From the IMG/VR virus record IMGVR_UViG_2974673286_000001, positions 64,001-128,000 of that record: DNA of 64,000 nucleotides; one strand, 5' to 3'. Numbering within the stretch: the stretch's first letter is position 1; the number at the start of each line of letters is the position of its first letter. A program made the position numbers and the translations under genes. Of the stretch, positions 49,948 to 58,645 are shown in pieces. The notes beneath the pieces were generated by a model. The model saw only the letters and a list, made by a program, of their open reading frames with translations, made no database searches and was not told the origin of the DNA. This DNA is from a virus (Duplodnaviria > Caudoviricetes).

Positions 49948-50430
49948 ATGAATATGGCTACTTTGGACCCAACACAGTATACCCTCGTACCTTTTGTTCT
50001 GTATGACACGCTACCTGAAAAGATGCAGGCACTACTTAATGGGGAGTCGTTGCTGATTAAAGCTTTTGAACAACGAGAAAAACGAGATGTACTCATTCGG
50101 TTAGAACAAAAGAAATTCACAGTAGCACAGATGTCGTATGATGTTTACCAATCAGAAGACGACCCTCGATATTGGATCACGTATAACATCGGGATTAATG
50201 ACCTCTCTCTATTCACTTGTTTCAAGTTTGAAGAGAACACATTTGAGCTAGGGAATCGGTATATGATCAATGACGTAGTTCTGTATGTGAGTGAGGATGG
50301 AAAAACAGATACAGCAATTGTAGAAGAGGTTTATGTGTCCAATCTGGACCCTTCTCAGTTCGCTTACAGACTCTCCCGAGATGACGGTCTGTACGCAGAG
50401 GAAGACTTATTGCAGCATAAGTATATGTAA
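49948..50430 (+). CDS. Conserved hypothetical protein
   Basis: SD aaggag. Confidence 0.6.
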   Translation: MNMATLDPTQYTLVPFVLYDTLPEKMQALLNGESLLIKAFEQREKRDVLIRLEQKKFTVAQMSYDVYQSEDDPRYWITYNIGINDLSLFTCFKFEENTFELGNRYMINDVVLYVSEDGKTDTAIVEEVYVSNLDPSQFAYRLSRDDGLYAEEDLLQHKYM

Positions 50431-50479
50431 GAGAGTGCAGGGCAGGTATACGCCCTGTATTTTTTTTTGTTAAAATCTG

Positions 50480-50508
50480 TTGACGTAACCGATCCTATAT
50501 GATATTCT
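50480..50508 (+). promoter_or_regulatory. sigmaA-type promoter
   Basis: TTGACG-17-TATTCT after a terminator. Confidence 0.6.
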
Positions 50509-50529
50509 CTGAATATAGCAATACATACT

Positions 50530-51189
50530 ATGAAACGGGAGGAAAAAATGATGGACGATAAATCACGAGACCTTGATCCAGAACTAGACTTTACTGAAGA
50601 AGAGGAAGCTATTATGCGACCTAATATATTCACGCCTAAACTGTCAGATGAGTTACGGTTGGCAAGTAAAGTAGCTCAGCAGTATAAGGCAGGAGTGTCA
50701 GCAACTAAAATCATGAAAGACAATAGTATCTCAGCAGGAAAGATGTATGAGATTCTTCGTAAGAAAGGTGTTCCATTACGCTCAAACCGATATGCAACAA
50801 AGTCCACCCTTAGAACAATGATGATGACAGAACAGGAGAAGAACAGCCTCATTGCAGATTATCAGAGCGGAGTGCCGTTAGAGACTATCTATAACAAGTA
50901 TAAGATCAATAAAAATGGCTGCTACTCTATTCTAGACGAGGCAAATGTGGCGAGACGAGAGAAAGCAGGTCTGGTGGAGCAGAAGCCTAAAAAGCGCAAA
51001 ACTAAGCGTAAAGGTAAAAAGAAAGCTGCTGAGAAACCGGAAGTTATAGTTCATCTAGGTCCTGTGGAGGCTGAGCTTGAGGAGGATTGCCTGTACATCA
51101 CTATTAAGGCGGCTGTAGTTGCCCCAACAGATAAAGTTAAGGTTATGGTCGTCAATGTACCACCGGGAGAGAGCAATGATCTTTTTTAG
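50530..51189 (+). CDS. Tandem HTH DNA-binding protein
   Basis: Two similar units Y..GV....I.....I.....Y.IL....V..R; real start possibly 50548. Confidence 0.65.
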   Translation: MKREEKMMDDKSRDLDPELDFTEEEEAIMRPNIFTPKLSDELRLASKVAQQYKAGVSATKIMKDNSISAGKMYEILRKKGVPLRSNRYATKSTLRTMMMTEQEKNSLIADYQSGVPLETIYNKYKINKNGCYSILDEANVARREKAGLVEQKPKKRKTKRKGKKKAAEKPEVIVHLGPVEAELEEDCLYITIKAAVVAPTDKVKVMVVNVPPGESNDLF

Positions 51190-51430
51190 TGAGTTAGTGG
51201 AAGCCTATAGAGAGCTTAATAAGGTAGTGTGCCAGCTGTTCTCTGCTTTAGTGGTAATCGTGACAGCAATAGCTCTTGTTGAAAAGGACCCTGATTTAGT
51301 AATCTTTGGTGTTATGTTCAGTATCGTCACCGTAGTATCGTTGTACTTTGTTGTCTTTATATTTCAGGTTGCTTTTGACATCATATTCCTCCTGTCCGAT
51401 ATTTTTTCGGAGATAAGGGATAGAAGGTAA
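51176..51430 (+). CDS. Small membrane protein (2 TM)
   Basis: Hydrophobic segments. Confidence 0.6.
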   Translation: MIFFSELVEAYRELNKVVCQLFSALVVIVTAIALVEKDPDLVIFGVMFSIVTVVSLYFVVFIFQVAFDIIFLLSDIFSEIRDRR

Positions 51431-51494
51431 GTGTCTGGGCAAGTTATACGTACAGACCCTATAACTTGCCTATAATTTTTTTTTTGAAAAGATG

Positions 51495-51523
51495 TTGACT
51501 TAAAGAAAACAACGTGTTACACT
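51495..51523 (+). promoter_or_regulatory. sigmaA-type promoter
   Basis: TTGACT-17-TACACT. Confidence 0.65.
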
Positions 51524-51566
51524 GATGTTAGAGATTAAGTTATAGACTTTTGAGGAGGAAACTAAA

Positions 51567-52277
51567 ATGACTAAACAGACGGTATTTGTAAATGGAGACG
51601 AAACGGCAATCGTAGAAGTTAACAGAGACGGACTAGTTACACTTAAGAGAGGGGAAAGTGTAAGAAAATTCAGCAACACAGTAACTTATGAAGACATTGC
51701 AGCGGAGCTGGATGCCTACGGCTGGAAAAAAGCAGAGCAAATATCAAAATCATCAACTAAAGAGGAAATGGATTCTTTGTACAGCCTGTTGGGCTCTAAA
51801 ATAGAGAAGCCTGCTGCACCGGATTCTCAAGAAACAGAAAGCCTAGCCAAAGCAGCACAAGCTTCACTCGATCAGGGTATTCCTTTGGAAATTCAACAAA
51901 AGGTTGATGAGTACATCAAATTGCACAAAGAAGCAAATGAACTCAAAAAGAAGTTAGATGAGCTTAAAACTCCAATTAAGGCACACATGGAAGCATATGA
52001 GTTAAAAGCCATTAAAGGATCAGAATTTGGTACTGTAGCTCTTCAAGACGCTAAAGCATCTAATTCCACGTCTATCTATACTGATTATGAGATCGGAGAT
52101 GTAGCGCCGCTGCTAAGCAAAGAACTCCTCAATAAAGTAACTGAGAACCGTGTAAACGCACAAGTACTAGATGGGGTGCTTAAGTCAGATGAGACCCTCT
52201 CTGAGGATACAATTAAGAAAATCAAAGAACTTAAAATCGTTAAGCCGGGAACACCTCGCTTTGTAGTAAAGAAGTAG
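51567..52277 (+). CDS. Hypothetical coiled-coil protein
   Basis: SD gaggagg. Confidence 0.65.
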   Translation: MTKQTVFVNGDETAIVEVNRDGLVTLKRGESVRKFSNTVTYEDIAAELDAYGWKKAEQISKSSTKEEMDSLYSLLGSKIEKPAAPDSQETESLAKAAQASLDQGIPLEIQQKVDEYIKLHKEANELKKKLDELKTPIKAHMEAYELKAIKGSEFGTVALQDAKASNSTSIYTDYEIGDVAPLLSKELLNKVTENRVNAQVLDGVLKSDETLSEDTIKKIKELKIVKPGTPRFVVKK

Positions 52278-52289
52278 GAGGGTCTCTAG

Positions 52290-52442
52290 GTGACACATGA
52301 GATTAGGGAACGATACAAAACAGTAAAAATGGTTGAGCGTTTACAACAAATGCTCAACCAAGAAGGTATAAACCCGTTAATGGCAACCTGTATTAAGAAA
52401 AGAGTGGAAAAACTAACGTTATCTCTAGAGGAGGAATTTTAA
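52290..52442 (+). CDS. 50-aa protein (not in ORF track)
   Basis: SD aggagg, GTG; MTHEIRERYKTVKMVERLQQMLNQEGINPLMATCIKKRVEKLTLSLEEEF. Confidence 0.6.
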   Translation: MTHEIRERYKTVKMVERLQQMLNQEGINPLMATCIKKRVEKLTLSLEEEF

Positions 52443-52658
52443 ATGGAAAAGTCGTATAAAGTGGAAGTAGATATCACGCAGCGTTTTACTACAACGGTTA
52501 CAGTTACTGGAGACTTCACGAATATTGATGATCCTAGAATTGATAAAGCAGCCAAACAAGAAGCAGATCGAATGGATCATGAAGCGTGGGATTGGCAAGA
52601 CTCAGAATTTGAAATTATGAGCGTGTTGGAGGTAGTAGAGGACGAGGACGGTGAATAA
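52443..52658 (+). CDS. Small acidic protein
   Basis: SD gaggagg. Confidence 0.65.
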   Translation: MEKSYKVEVDITQRFTTTVTVTGDFTNIDDPRIDKAAKQEADRMDHEAWDWQDSEFEIMSVLEVVEDEDGE

Positions 52659-52661
52659 CAT

Positions 52662-53126
52662 TTGTTAACATTTCAAGGTAGAAGGACACTCTATTTACGT
52701 GCAGAACGAGATATTACAGATGAAAAAGGAAAAATCCTCTTCAAAAAGGACTCTATTTATATAGGTTTTGGTGAAATGGTAAAAACACTTAAAGAATCAG
52801 CGAGGTTTAGCTTCGGTAGTGCCTACTCTGATACCCTTAAGGCGGTCACCCGAGAGCAGAAAGTAGCAGGAGATATTGTAGACATTGATCTAGACGACTT
52901 CTACGTTTTAGAAGAAGAGTGTTCCTTAAGTTGTTATGACCCAGCTGTAGATACTAAGACCCTTGGAGACGTACTCGAAGAACTGGATACAAAGGCTGAA
53001 ACCTCTCGATATCTACGGGGAGGTAAGCGAGGAGACTTTATGACACAAATAGAAAGAAAGTATAAGGACCCGGAGACACAAACAGTGAGAACGTTTAAGG
53101 TAGTGTATGAAGGGGGAGTGGAGTAA
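52662..53126 (+). CDS. Hypothetical protein
   Basis: ORF in operon. Confidence 0.6.
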   Translation: MLTFQGRRTLYLRAERDITDEKGKILFKKDSIYIGFGEMVKTLKESARFSFGSAYSDTLKAVTREQKVAGDIVDIDLDDFYVLEEECSLSCYDPAVDTKTLGDVLEELDTKAETSRYLRGGKRGDFMTQIERKYKDPETQTVRTFKVVYEGGVE

Positions 53127-53127
53127 C

Positions 53128-53346
53128 ATGAGTAAAGAGTACGGACCAGACGCAGTAGTAACGTTTACAGTAGATGTAGGTTATGTTGGCTGCATTAAAG
53201 AAGAAAAGTTCACTTTAGAGGACTTAGGTATTGTGGATGAGGGTGAAACTATTTCAGAGGAAGTCCTAGAAAAAGAGCTCGAAGAGGCGTATGAGAACTG
53301 GGTATGGGAAAATATTAATTGTAACCACTACGTAGAGGAGGGGTAA
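53128..53346 (+). CDS. Small highly acidic protein
   Basis: EEVLEKELEEAYENWVWENI. Confidence 0.65.
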   Translation: MSKEYGPDAVVTFTVDVGYVGCIKEEKFTLEDLGIVDEGETISEEVLEKELEEAYENWVWENINCNHYVEEG

Positions 53347-53354
53347 GGTTTAAT

Positions 53355-53585
53355 ATGCGTGACTTTAAAGAGTTTGTTTTAGAAAAGCTGGAAGTTTTAC
53401 ATTTAAAGTTGTTTTATCATAGCTCCTACGATCTTAACTCCTCGATGGGAATAGCAGGGCGCTTACAGGACTTAACTCGCTATGAGCAGCTTAAGGAAGT
53501 TGTAAGAGAGAACCCTGAGTGGGATGATGAAGAGGTGGCTAAGGAGCTATCTAAGAGGATAAACAAGAGAACATCACTGTACTGA
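53355..53585 (+). CDS. Hypothetical protein
   Basis: ORF before terminator. Confidence 0.6.
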   Translation: MRDFKEFVLEKLEVLHLKLFYHSSYDLNSSMGIAGRLQDLTRYEQLKEVVRENPEWDDEEVAKELSKRINKRTSLY

Positions 53586-53647
53586 AAAGGAGGGCTGCAT
53601 GCCTTCTTTTTTTTTATTTTTTTTTTGGAAAAAGTTATAAAAAGATG

Positions 53648-53676
53648 TAGACAGTAATAAGTCTGTATGTTACACT
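53648..53676 (+). promoter_or_regulatory. sigmaA-type promoter
   Basis: TAGACA-17-TACACT. Confidence 0.6.
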
Positions 53677-53726
53677 TTATTCATACAAAAGATACAGGAA
53701 CTAAGTATGGAAGGTGGGGTTACAGA

Positions 53727-54764
53727 ATGGGAAATACAAAGCTAAGAATACTTTCTGAAGAGGAAGTACAGGACCTATTAGTTCAGATTCGAGAAGGCTC
53801 TGAGGAAGCGAAGGAGACCTTAGTAAAACATAGTATGGGTCTTGTGAAGAGTGTAATAAACAAAAGATTCAGATATACAGAACATCCAATAGAGGATTTA
53901 ATTAGTGCAGGGGTAGAAGGGCTTTTGACAGCTATCAATAGATACGATGCAAGTAAGGGTGTAAACTTCTTTACATATGCTACACCTATGGTGAAGGGGT
54001 ATACTCGGACATTTGCCTTAGAAAATGGAGCTACGAGAGTCCCTCGAAAGACTAGGGCACTTGCATTTAAAATTAGGAGTCGAGGACTACTGGATGCACC
54101 AGAAGAAAAGGTGGTTGAAGAATTTAATATAGCGGAGGAAGACAGATATAGAGTAAGGGTTGCACAGGGATATCTACGGAATGGACATAGCCTATTATCA
54201 ACCAACGTAACGGTCAACCACGGAGAAAGCAGTTCAGATGATACAGATTTATCTGATCTTGCTGACTATCGTAACAATGACTTGAACGGAGACCATTGGT
54301 TTGATATGGTAGCTATTAAGGTAGAGGCTAGTAAACTTCCAGAGCTACAGCAGCGTATTCTAGAACTAAGCTTTAATAAAGAGATGTCTCACCCGGAGAT
54401 TGGAAAACTGCTAGGTATGCCACCACATCAAGTAGGTGTTCAGAAAAGAGCAGCAATAGACGCTTTAAGGCTAGCGTTCCTTGGGGAAGAGAAGGTAGCC
54501 GAGTTAAAACTTAAAGAAAAACGAAAACCGTTTAAAAGGATTACACCAGAGCAGAAGGAGCAAATTATTAAGCTGCTAAGAGAAACAACTTTAACTTACG
54601 GGGAAATTGGGGAACTAGTTGGGGTTACACACTCTCCAGTTAGTAAACTAGCAAAGGAGCACAGGTCTCCTGAAGTGATTCAAGCCAACCGGAAGAGAGT
54701 CCACCGAAACTTAGCTCAGTACCAGAAAGATAAAAAGAAGAAAGGACAGAAACAAAATGTCTAA
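53727..54764 (+). CDS. Sporulation-type (SigF/SigG/SigB-like) sigma factor with extra C-terminal HTH
   Basis: G.EEAKETLV.HSMGLV, EDLISAGVEGLLTAINRYD.SKGVNF.TYA.P.V.G, RVPR, LPELQQRILEL.F..EMSHPEIGKLLG; additional LTYGEIGELVGVTHSPVS. Confidence 0.85.
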   Translation: MGNTKLRILSEEEVQDLLVQIREGSEEAKETLVKHSMGLVKSVINKRFRYTEHPIEDLISAGVEGLLTAINRYDASKGVNFFTYATPMVKGYTRTFALENGATRVPRKTRALAFKIRSRGLLDAPEEKVVEEFNIAEEDRYRVRVAQGYLRNGHSLLSTNVTVNHGESSSDDTDLSDLADYRNNDLNGDHWFDMVAIKVEASKLPELQQRILELSFNKEMSHPEIGKLLGMPPHQVGVQKRAAIDALRLAFLGEEKVAELKLKEKRKPFKRITPEQKEQIIKLLRETTLTYGEIGELVGVTHSPVSKLAKEHRSPEVIQANRKRVHRNLAQYQKDKKKKGQKQNV

Positions 54765-54978
54765 AAAAGATAAGTTTATTGTATGGAAGGTAGACGAGTT
54801 AATTCCTATGTGTACAGAAGCAGAACTTAAAATACTAAGTAGGATTGTAGACCGTATTGTACGAAAGCGAGTAGATGAGGGTAAAAAGCCAGCGAACAGC
54901 TATATCGTGATTAGTACTGACGAACCTTATGCAGATGATGTTCGGGAGATTTTGAAGAAGCATGGGGACTGGGATTAA
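54757..54978 (+). CDS. Small conserved phage protein (KFIV.K...GKKP.N.Y.V.xTDEPYA family)
   Basis: Recognisable motif family; coupled to the sigma gene. Confidence 0.65.
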   Translation: MSKKDKFIVWKVDELIPMCTEAELKILSRIVDRIVRKRVDEGKKPANSYIVISTDEPYADDVREILKKHGDWD

Positions 54979-55005
54979 CCCACCCCTAATTTTTTGAGAA
55001 AAGTG

Positions 55006-55034
55006 TTGACACGCAGTCAATTAGGCTGTACAAT
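55006..55034 (+). promoter_or_regulatory. sigmaA-type early promoter
   Basis: TTGACA-17-TACAAT. Confidence 0.75.
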
Positions 55035-55068
55035 ATAGACATAGATACAGAGAAGAGGAGAGATTACA

Positions 55069-55293
55069 ATGGATTTAGTTAAACTAATGCAGGATAGGAA
55101 AGAGAAGATCGAGGAGCAAGAGGAGATTTTAGATGAGCTGGTCTACGGGCTAGAAGGTGCTGAGGTATCTTACAAAGGAAAATCCGCAGTAATTAACGAT
55201 GTTGATTGGGGTGCAGAAGAGGTTGAGCTAAACTACGATGATGAGAACTACGAGTGGGTATCTTTTGCAGAGGGAGCTGGTAGTGATGAGTAA
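55069..55293 (+). CDS. Small acidic protein
   Basis: SD gaggag. Confidence 0.65.
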   Translation: MDLVKLMQDRKEKIEEQEEILDELVYGLEGAEVSYKGKSAVINDVDWGAEEVELNYDDENYEWVSFAEGAGSDE

Positions 55294-55876
55294 GTTTAAA
55301 GACGTAGAGAGCTTATTATCGGTGCTCGATGACTGGGTAGACCGCCGGGTGAAGTCGATTGAAAAACGACTTCTTCTGATAGATGCTCCCGATATTCCTG
55401 TAGGTCAAAAGGAGTTAGAAGTTAAAATACTAGCTGCTGTTGTAGCAGAGATAGAAGGTTACTTGAGAGATGTCATAGGGGTGGATGTTAATGACCCGAA
55501 CTGTCCATTACAATACGCAAAAGACACTATTAACCTCATGCTCTCAGAGATACAAGAGTATAAGGACTTGCCAGTAGAAGATGACGAAGAGGAGCAGACA
55601 CCAGCGCATAAAAAAGCAACTGAAATGGAATTAGCCATTAAGAGGAGCACAGAAGGACTAGAAAGTGTAGTTAGCACCTTAATAGACTACGACTCAGGGA
55701 TTAAAGCCCTACAAAAAGCTCGTACTAAAGCTATGACTCTTAAAGACCTGATGCCATACGACACTAAGGAAATTCCCGAAGAGCTTCAAGATGTACCTTC
55801 TCGTTTGTATACTCTGGTGTCCCGTTTAGATACAGTGATACAGAATAGTACACTAGTAAAGGAGACTGATAAGTAA
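55286..55876 (+). CDS. Hypothetical helical protein
   Basis: Start reassigned to MSKFKD. Confidence 0.6.
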   Translation: MSKFKDVESLLSVLDDWVDRRVKSIEKRLLLIDAPDIPVGQKELEVKILAAVVAEIEGYLRDVIGVDVNDPNCPLQYAKDTINLMLSEIQEYKDLPVEDDEEEQTPAHKKATEMELAIKRSTEGLESVVSTLIDYDSGIKALQKARTKAMTLKDLMPYDTKEIPEELQDVPSRLYTLVSRLDTVIQNSTLVKETDK

Positions 55877-57081
55877 TGATCGAAGTAAAAGGCAAGTATA
55901 ACTCAGCTAAAATTTTTACAGATAACATTGAAGAAACGGCAATGGGGCAGGTTATTGAACTGTGTAACCAAGAGTTCGCAAAAGACAGCAAGATTCGTAT
56001 TATGCCGGATGTACACGCTGGAGCAGGCTGCACAATTGGGACAACAATGACAATCACAGACAAAGTAGTTCCAAATTTAGTAGGTGTTGACATTGGGTGT
56101 GGCTTGGAAGTTGCGTACATTGACGTGGATAAATCCGAGGTTAACTTCGACCAGCTGGATGATGTTATTCGAAAGTATGTGCCTAGCGGTTTTTCTGTCC
56201 GAGGTAGGGAGCACCAATACACTGAGTTTGTCCCGCTTAGTTTGGTGAGAGCTCCGATTAATAAAAACCGTGCAAAACTAAGCATTGGGACGCTCGGGTC
56301 AGGGAATCACTTCATCGAACTTAACGAGGTTGGTCCGGGGAGAGTAGCCCTTGTCATCCATTCAGGGTCACGAAGCTTAGGCAAGCAGGTCGCTGAGCAT
56401 TACCAAGACCGAGCTTATGAAGAGCTGATGGATGTTAAAAACGAGCAGCAGCGGATCATTGAAGAATTAAAGTCTCAAGGAAAGGCTCACGAAATTCACG
56501 AAGCTCTCCGAGGTATTAAAAAGCCTAAGATCAAAAAAGACCTTGCATACTTACAAGGGAACTCTTTTGAAGACTATATGAACGATATGCGTATCGCTCA
56601 ACGCCACGCTCTTTACAATCGAAAAGCCATGGTACAGCAAATTGTTGAACATATGGGTTGGGGTGCTGCGTGGCACATAGGGGACTCGTTTACCACGATC
56701 CACAACTACATCGACATGGACCACATGATCCTTCGTAAAGGTGCTATTTCCGCCCGGAAAGGTGAGAAAGTTATTATCCCAATCAATATGAGAGATGGGA
56801 GCATCATTGCAGAAGGAACAGGTAATCCCGATTGGAATTTCTCCGGTCCTCACGGAGCTGGTCGAGTAATGAGCCGATCTAAAGCTAAGAAGAATCTAAA
56901 CGTTGAAGACTTTAAGAAATCAATGGAAGGTATCTGGACTTCTTCAGTAAATGAGCACACTCTGGATGAGGCACCTATGGTTTACAAGCCGCTGGACGAA
57001 ATCCGAGAGAACATTGAAGAAGGCGGATCAGTCAAAGTGCTGCAAGTTATTAAGCCAGTATATAATTTCAAAGCGAACTAA
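55876..57081 (+). CDS. rtcB: RtcB-family 3'-phosphate/5'-OH RNA ligase
   Basis: MPDVHAG, GVDIGCG, GTLGSGNHFIE, IHSGSR, HNY..RKGA, HGAGRVMSR, DEAP..YK. Confidence 0.96.
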   Translation: MIEVKGKYNSAKIFTDNIEETAMGQVIELCNQEFAKDSKIRIMPDVHAGAGCTIGTTMTITDKVVPNLVGVDIGCGLEVAYIDVDKSEVNFDQLDDVIRKYVPSGFSVRGREHQYTEFVPLSLVRAPINKNRAKLSIGTLGSGNHFIELNEVGPGRVALVIHSGSRSLGKQVAEHYQDRAYEELMDVKNEQQRIIEELKSQGKAHEIHEALRGIKKPKIKKDLAYLQGNSFEDYMNDMRIAQRHALYNRKAMVQQIVEHMGWGAAWHIGDSFTTIHNYIDMDHMILRKGAISARKGEKVIIPINMRDGSIIAEGTGNPDWNFSGPHGAGRVMSRSKAKKNLNVEDFKKSMEGIWTSSVNEHTLDEAPMVYKPLDEIRENIEEGGSVKVLQVIKPVYNFKAN

Positions 57082-57093
57082 GGAGGACGTATT

Positions 57094-57354
57094 ATGGAGT
57101 TTAAAAGACCAGAAGGAGCGCATGGGTATGTTCAATGGAAAGGTACAGACGCCTGTATGGATGTGTACTGCGCTTGTGGGTACCACGCACACATTGATGA
57201 CTTGTTTCTTTATCATGTAAAATGCCCTAGATGTGGGCGAGTGTATGCTTGTAACCCACATATTGAATTGAAGGAGCTATCAAGTGAGTCAGAGGCAAAA
57301 CCTGATATAATCAAAGACCTCCCAGACGATGGTGAGTATGAGAAGGACGAATAG
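57094..57354 (+). CDS. Zinc-ribbon protein (QWKGTD.CMD family)
   Basis: CxCG...CPRCG. Confidence 0.7.
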   Translation: MEFKRPEGAHGYVQWKGTDACMDVYCACGYHAHIDDLFLYHVKCPRCGRVYACNPHIELKELSSESEAKPDIIKDLPDDGEYEKDE

Positions 57355-57359
57355 AAGGA

Positions 57360-57632
57360 GTGGCAGGCATGGAAGGTATTTTAAAGAATTTACCGATAGG
57401 GCAGAACTCTGCTTTTTGGAATGAGGTAGACAAGGCAGTTGTTAAACTGGGGGAGTTCTTAGACCAAGAGCTCTCAGATAGTGCAAAAGAGGAAGTCATT
57501 TTAATCCTCGGAGAGGTTTTAGACGCTGCCGAGAGCATGGCAGATGATGCCTATGATGAGGGTGAAAAAGCAGGATATTCAGAGGGCTATGAGGAAGGCT
57601 ATGATATCGCCATAGATATGAACGAAGACTAA
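57360..57632 (+). CDS. Acidic protein with GYxxG repeats
   Basis: YDEGEKAGYSEGYEEGYD. Confidence 0.65.
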   Translation: MAGMEGILKNLPIGQNSAFWNEVDKAVVKLGEFLDQELSDSAKEEVILILGEVLDAAESMADDAYDEGEKAGYSEGYEEGYDIAIDMNED

Positions 57633-57651
57633 CAAACTAGGAGGAGTTATA

Positions 57652-57909
57652 ATGAGCGATCTTTATTATAAAATTATAGGCGGCTGTACTCGTGAAGACG
57701 GTAATGAGTACGTAACAGTTGTAACAATGCAATGGTTTGACGAGTATGACTACAATCAGGATAGGTTCTTCCGAGATGAGGACGGGGATACTCTAATGTT
57801 CTATGAAGAAGATGAAGCTATTCAATGGCTATTCGACAACGTTAAAGAAGAATACATTGACCCAGAGTACCGTGGCAGAAGATTTAATCAGTCTAAATAC
57901 ATGAAATAA
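57652..57909 (+). CDS. Small acidic protein
   Basis: SD aggaggag. Confidence 0.65.
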   Translation: MSDLYYKIIGGCTREDGNEYVTVVTMQWFDEYDYNQDRFFRDEDGDTLMFYEEDEAIQWLFDNVKEEYIDPEYRGRRFNQSKYMK

Positions 57910-57921
57910 GGAGGACTACAA

Positions 57922-58143
57922 GTGGATAAGAACACCTTAAAAGAGGCTGTAGCTTGTGATGACTCTATTTTTCATGCAGCAGAGCGCCTCGCTGAGCTTT
58001 TAGATAAGATGGTGGCTGAAGGAAATAAACCTGTAGTTGCTAAGGAATACAGAAAGTTCTTAGAGTCAATAGACGAGCAGCTAGAGGAAAAATATATCAG
58101 AGGGCAGGATTCAATGAATCGAGACCCCTATGGACCTATGTAA
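57922..58143 (+). CDS. Hypothetical protein
   Basis: SD aaggagg. Confidence 0.65.
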   Translation: MDKNTLKEAVACDDSIFHAAERLAELLDKMVAEGNKPVVAKEYRKFLESIDEQLEEKYIRGQDSMNRDPYGPM

Positions 58144-58164
58144 AACAAAAAAGGAGAGCAGTAC

Positions 58165-58275
58165 ATGTCACATCCAGTAGCAGTAGTCATCGCATGCATT
58201 GTAGGGATTGTCCTAGTAAGGGTAACGATGGATATTCGAGAAAAAGCAAGCAACAAGCGTAAAGGAGATAAGTAA
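58165..58275 (+). CDS. 36-aa single-pass membrane peptide (not in ORF track)
   Basis: SD aaggag; MSHPVAVVIACIVGIVLVRVTMDIREKASNKRKGDK. Confidence 0.6.
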   Translation: MSHPVAVVIACIVGIVLVRVTMDIREKASNKRKGDK

Positions 58276-58288
58276 GTAGGACAGGAGG

Positions 58289-58492
58289 GTGAAGATAATG
58301 CCCAAGTTTAAGGTCACTTGTGAGCATGAGGTTATTAAAATGTACAGGGTCACAGTAGACGCAGACTCCCTAGAAGAAGCCGTGAGGTTGGTGGAGTACG
58401 GAGACTATGATTCATCTAATAAGAGGCTTCTAGATGAAGAAGATATACGTATTAATGTTACTTATGCTGAGCAACTTGAGGATAAAGACTAA
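58289..58492 (+). CDS. Small protein with VxAxSxEEA motif
   Basis: YRVTVDADSLEEAV. Confidence 0.65.
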   Translation: MKIMPKFKVTCEHEVIKMYRVTVDADSLEEAVRLVEYGDYDSSNKRLLDEEDIRINVTYAEQLEDKD

Positions 58493-58641
58493 TGTTGGAC
58501 GTGATTACCCAACTTTTCTTTACAGCTGTGGGTTGGTTTATTGGGCACTTCCTAATCTCCAAGCCACTTATCAGGTGGCTAGAGAGAAGGGACGAGCAGA
58601 AACGAAAAGAGAGTATGATACAGTGGAGAGAGGAGATTTAA
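58492..58641 (+). CDS. 49-aa membrane peptide (not in ORF track)
   Basis: TAATG coupling; MLDVITQLFFTAVGWFIGHFLISKPLIRWLERRDEQKRKESMIQWREEI. Confidence 0.6.
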   Translation: MLDVITQLFFTAVGWFIGHFLISKPLIRWLERRDEQKRKESMIQWREEI

Positions 58642-58645
58642 TAAA

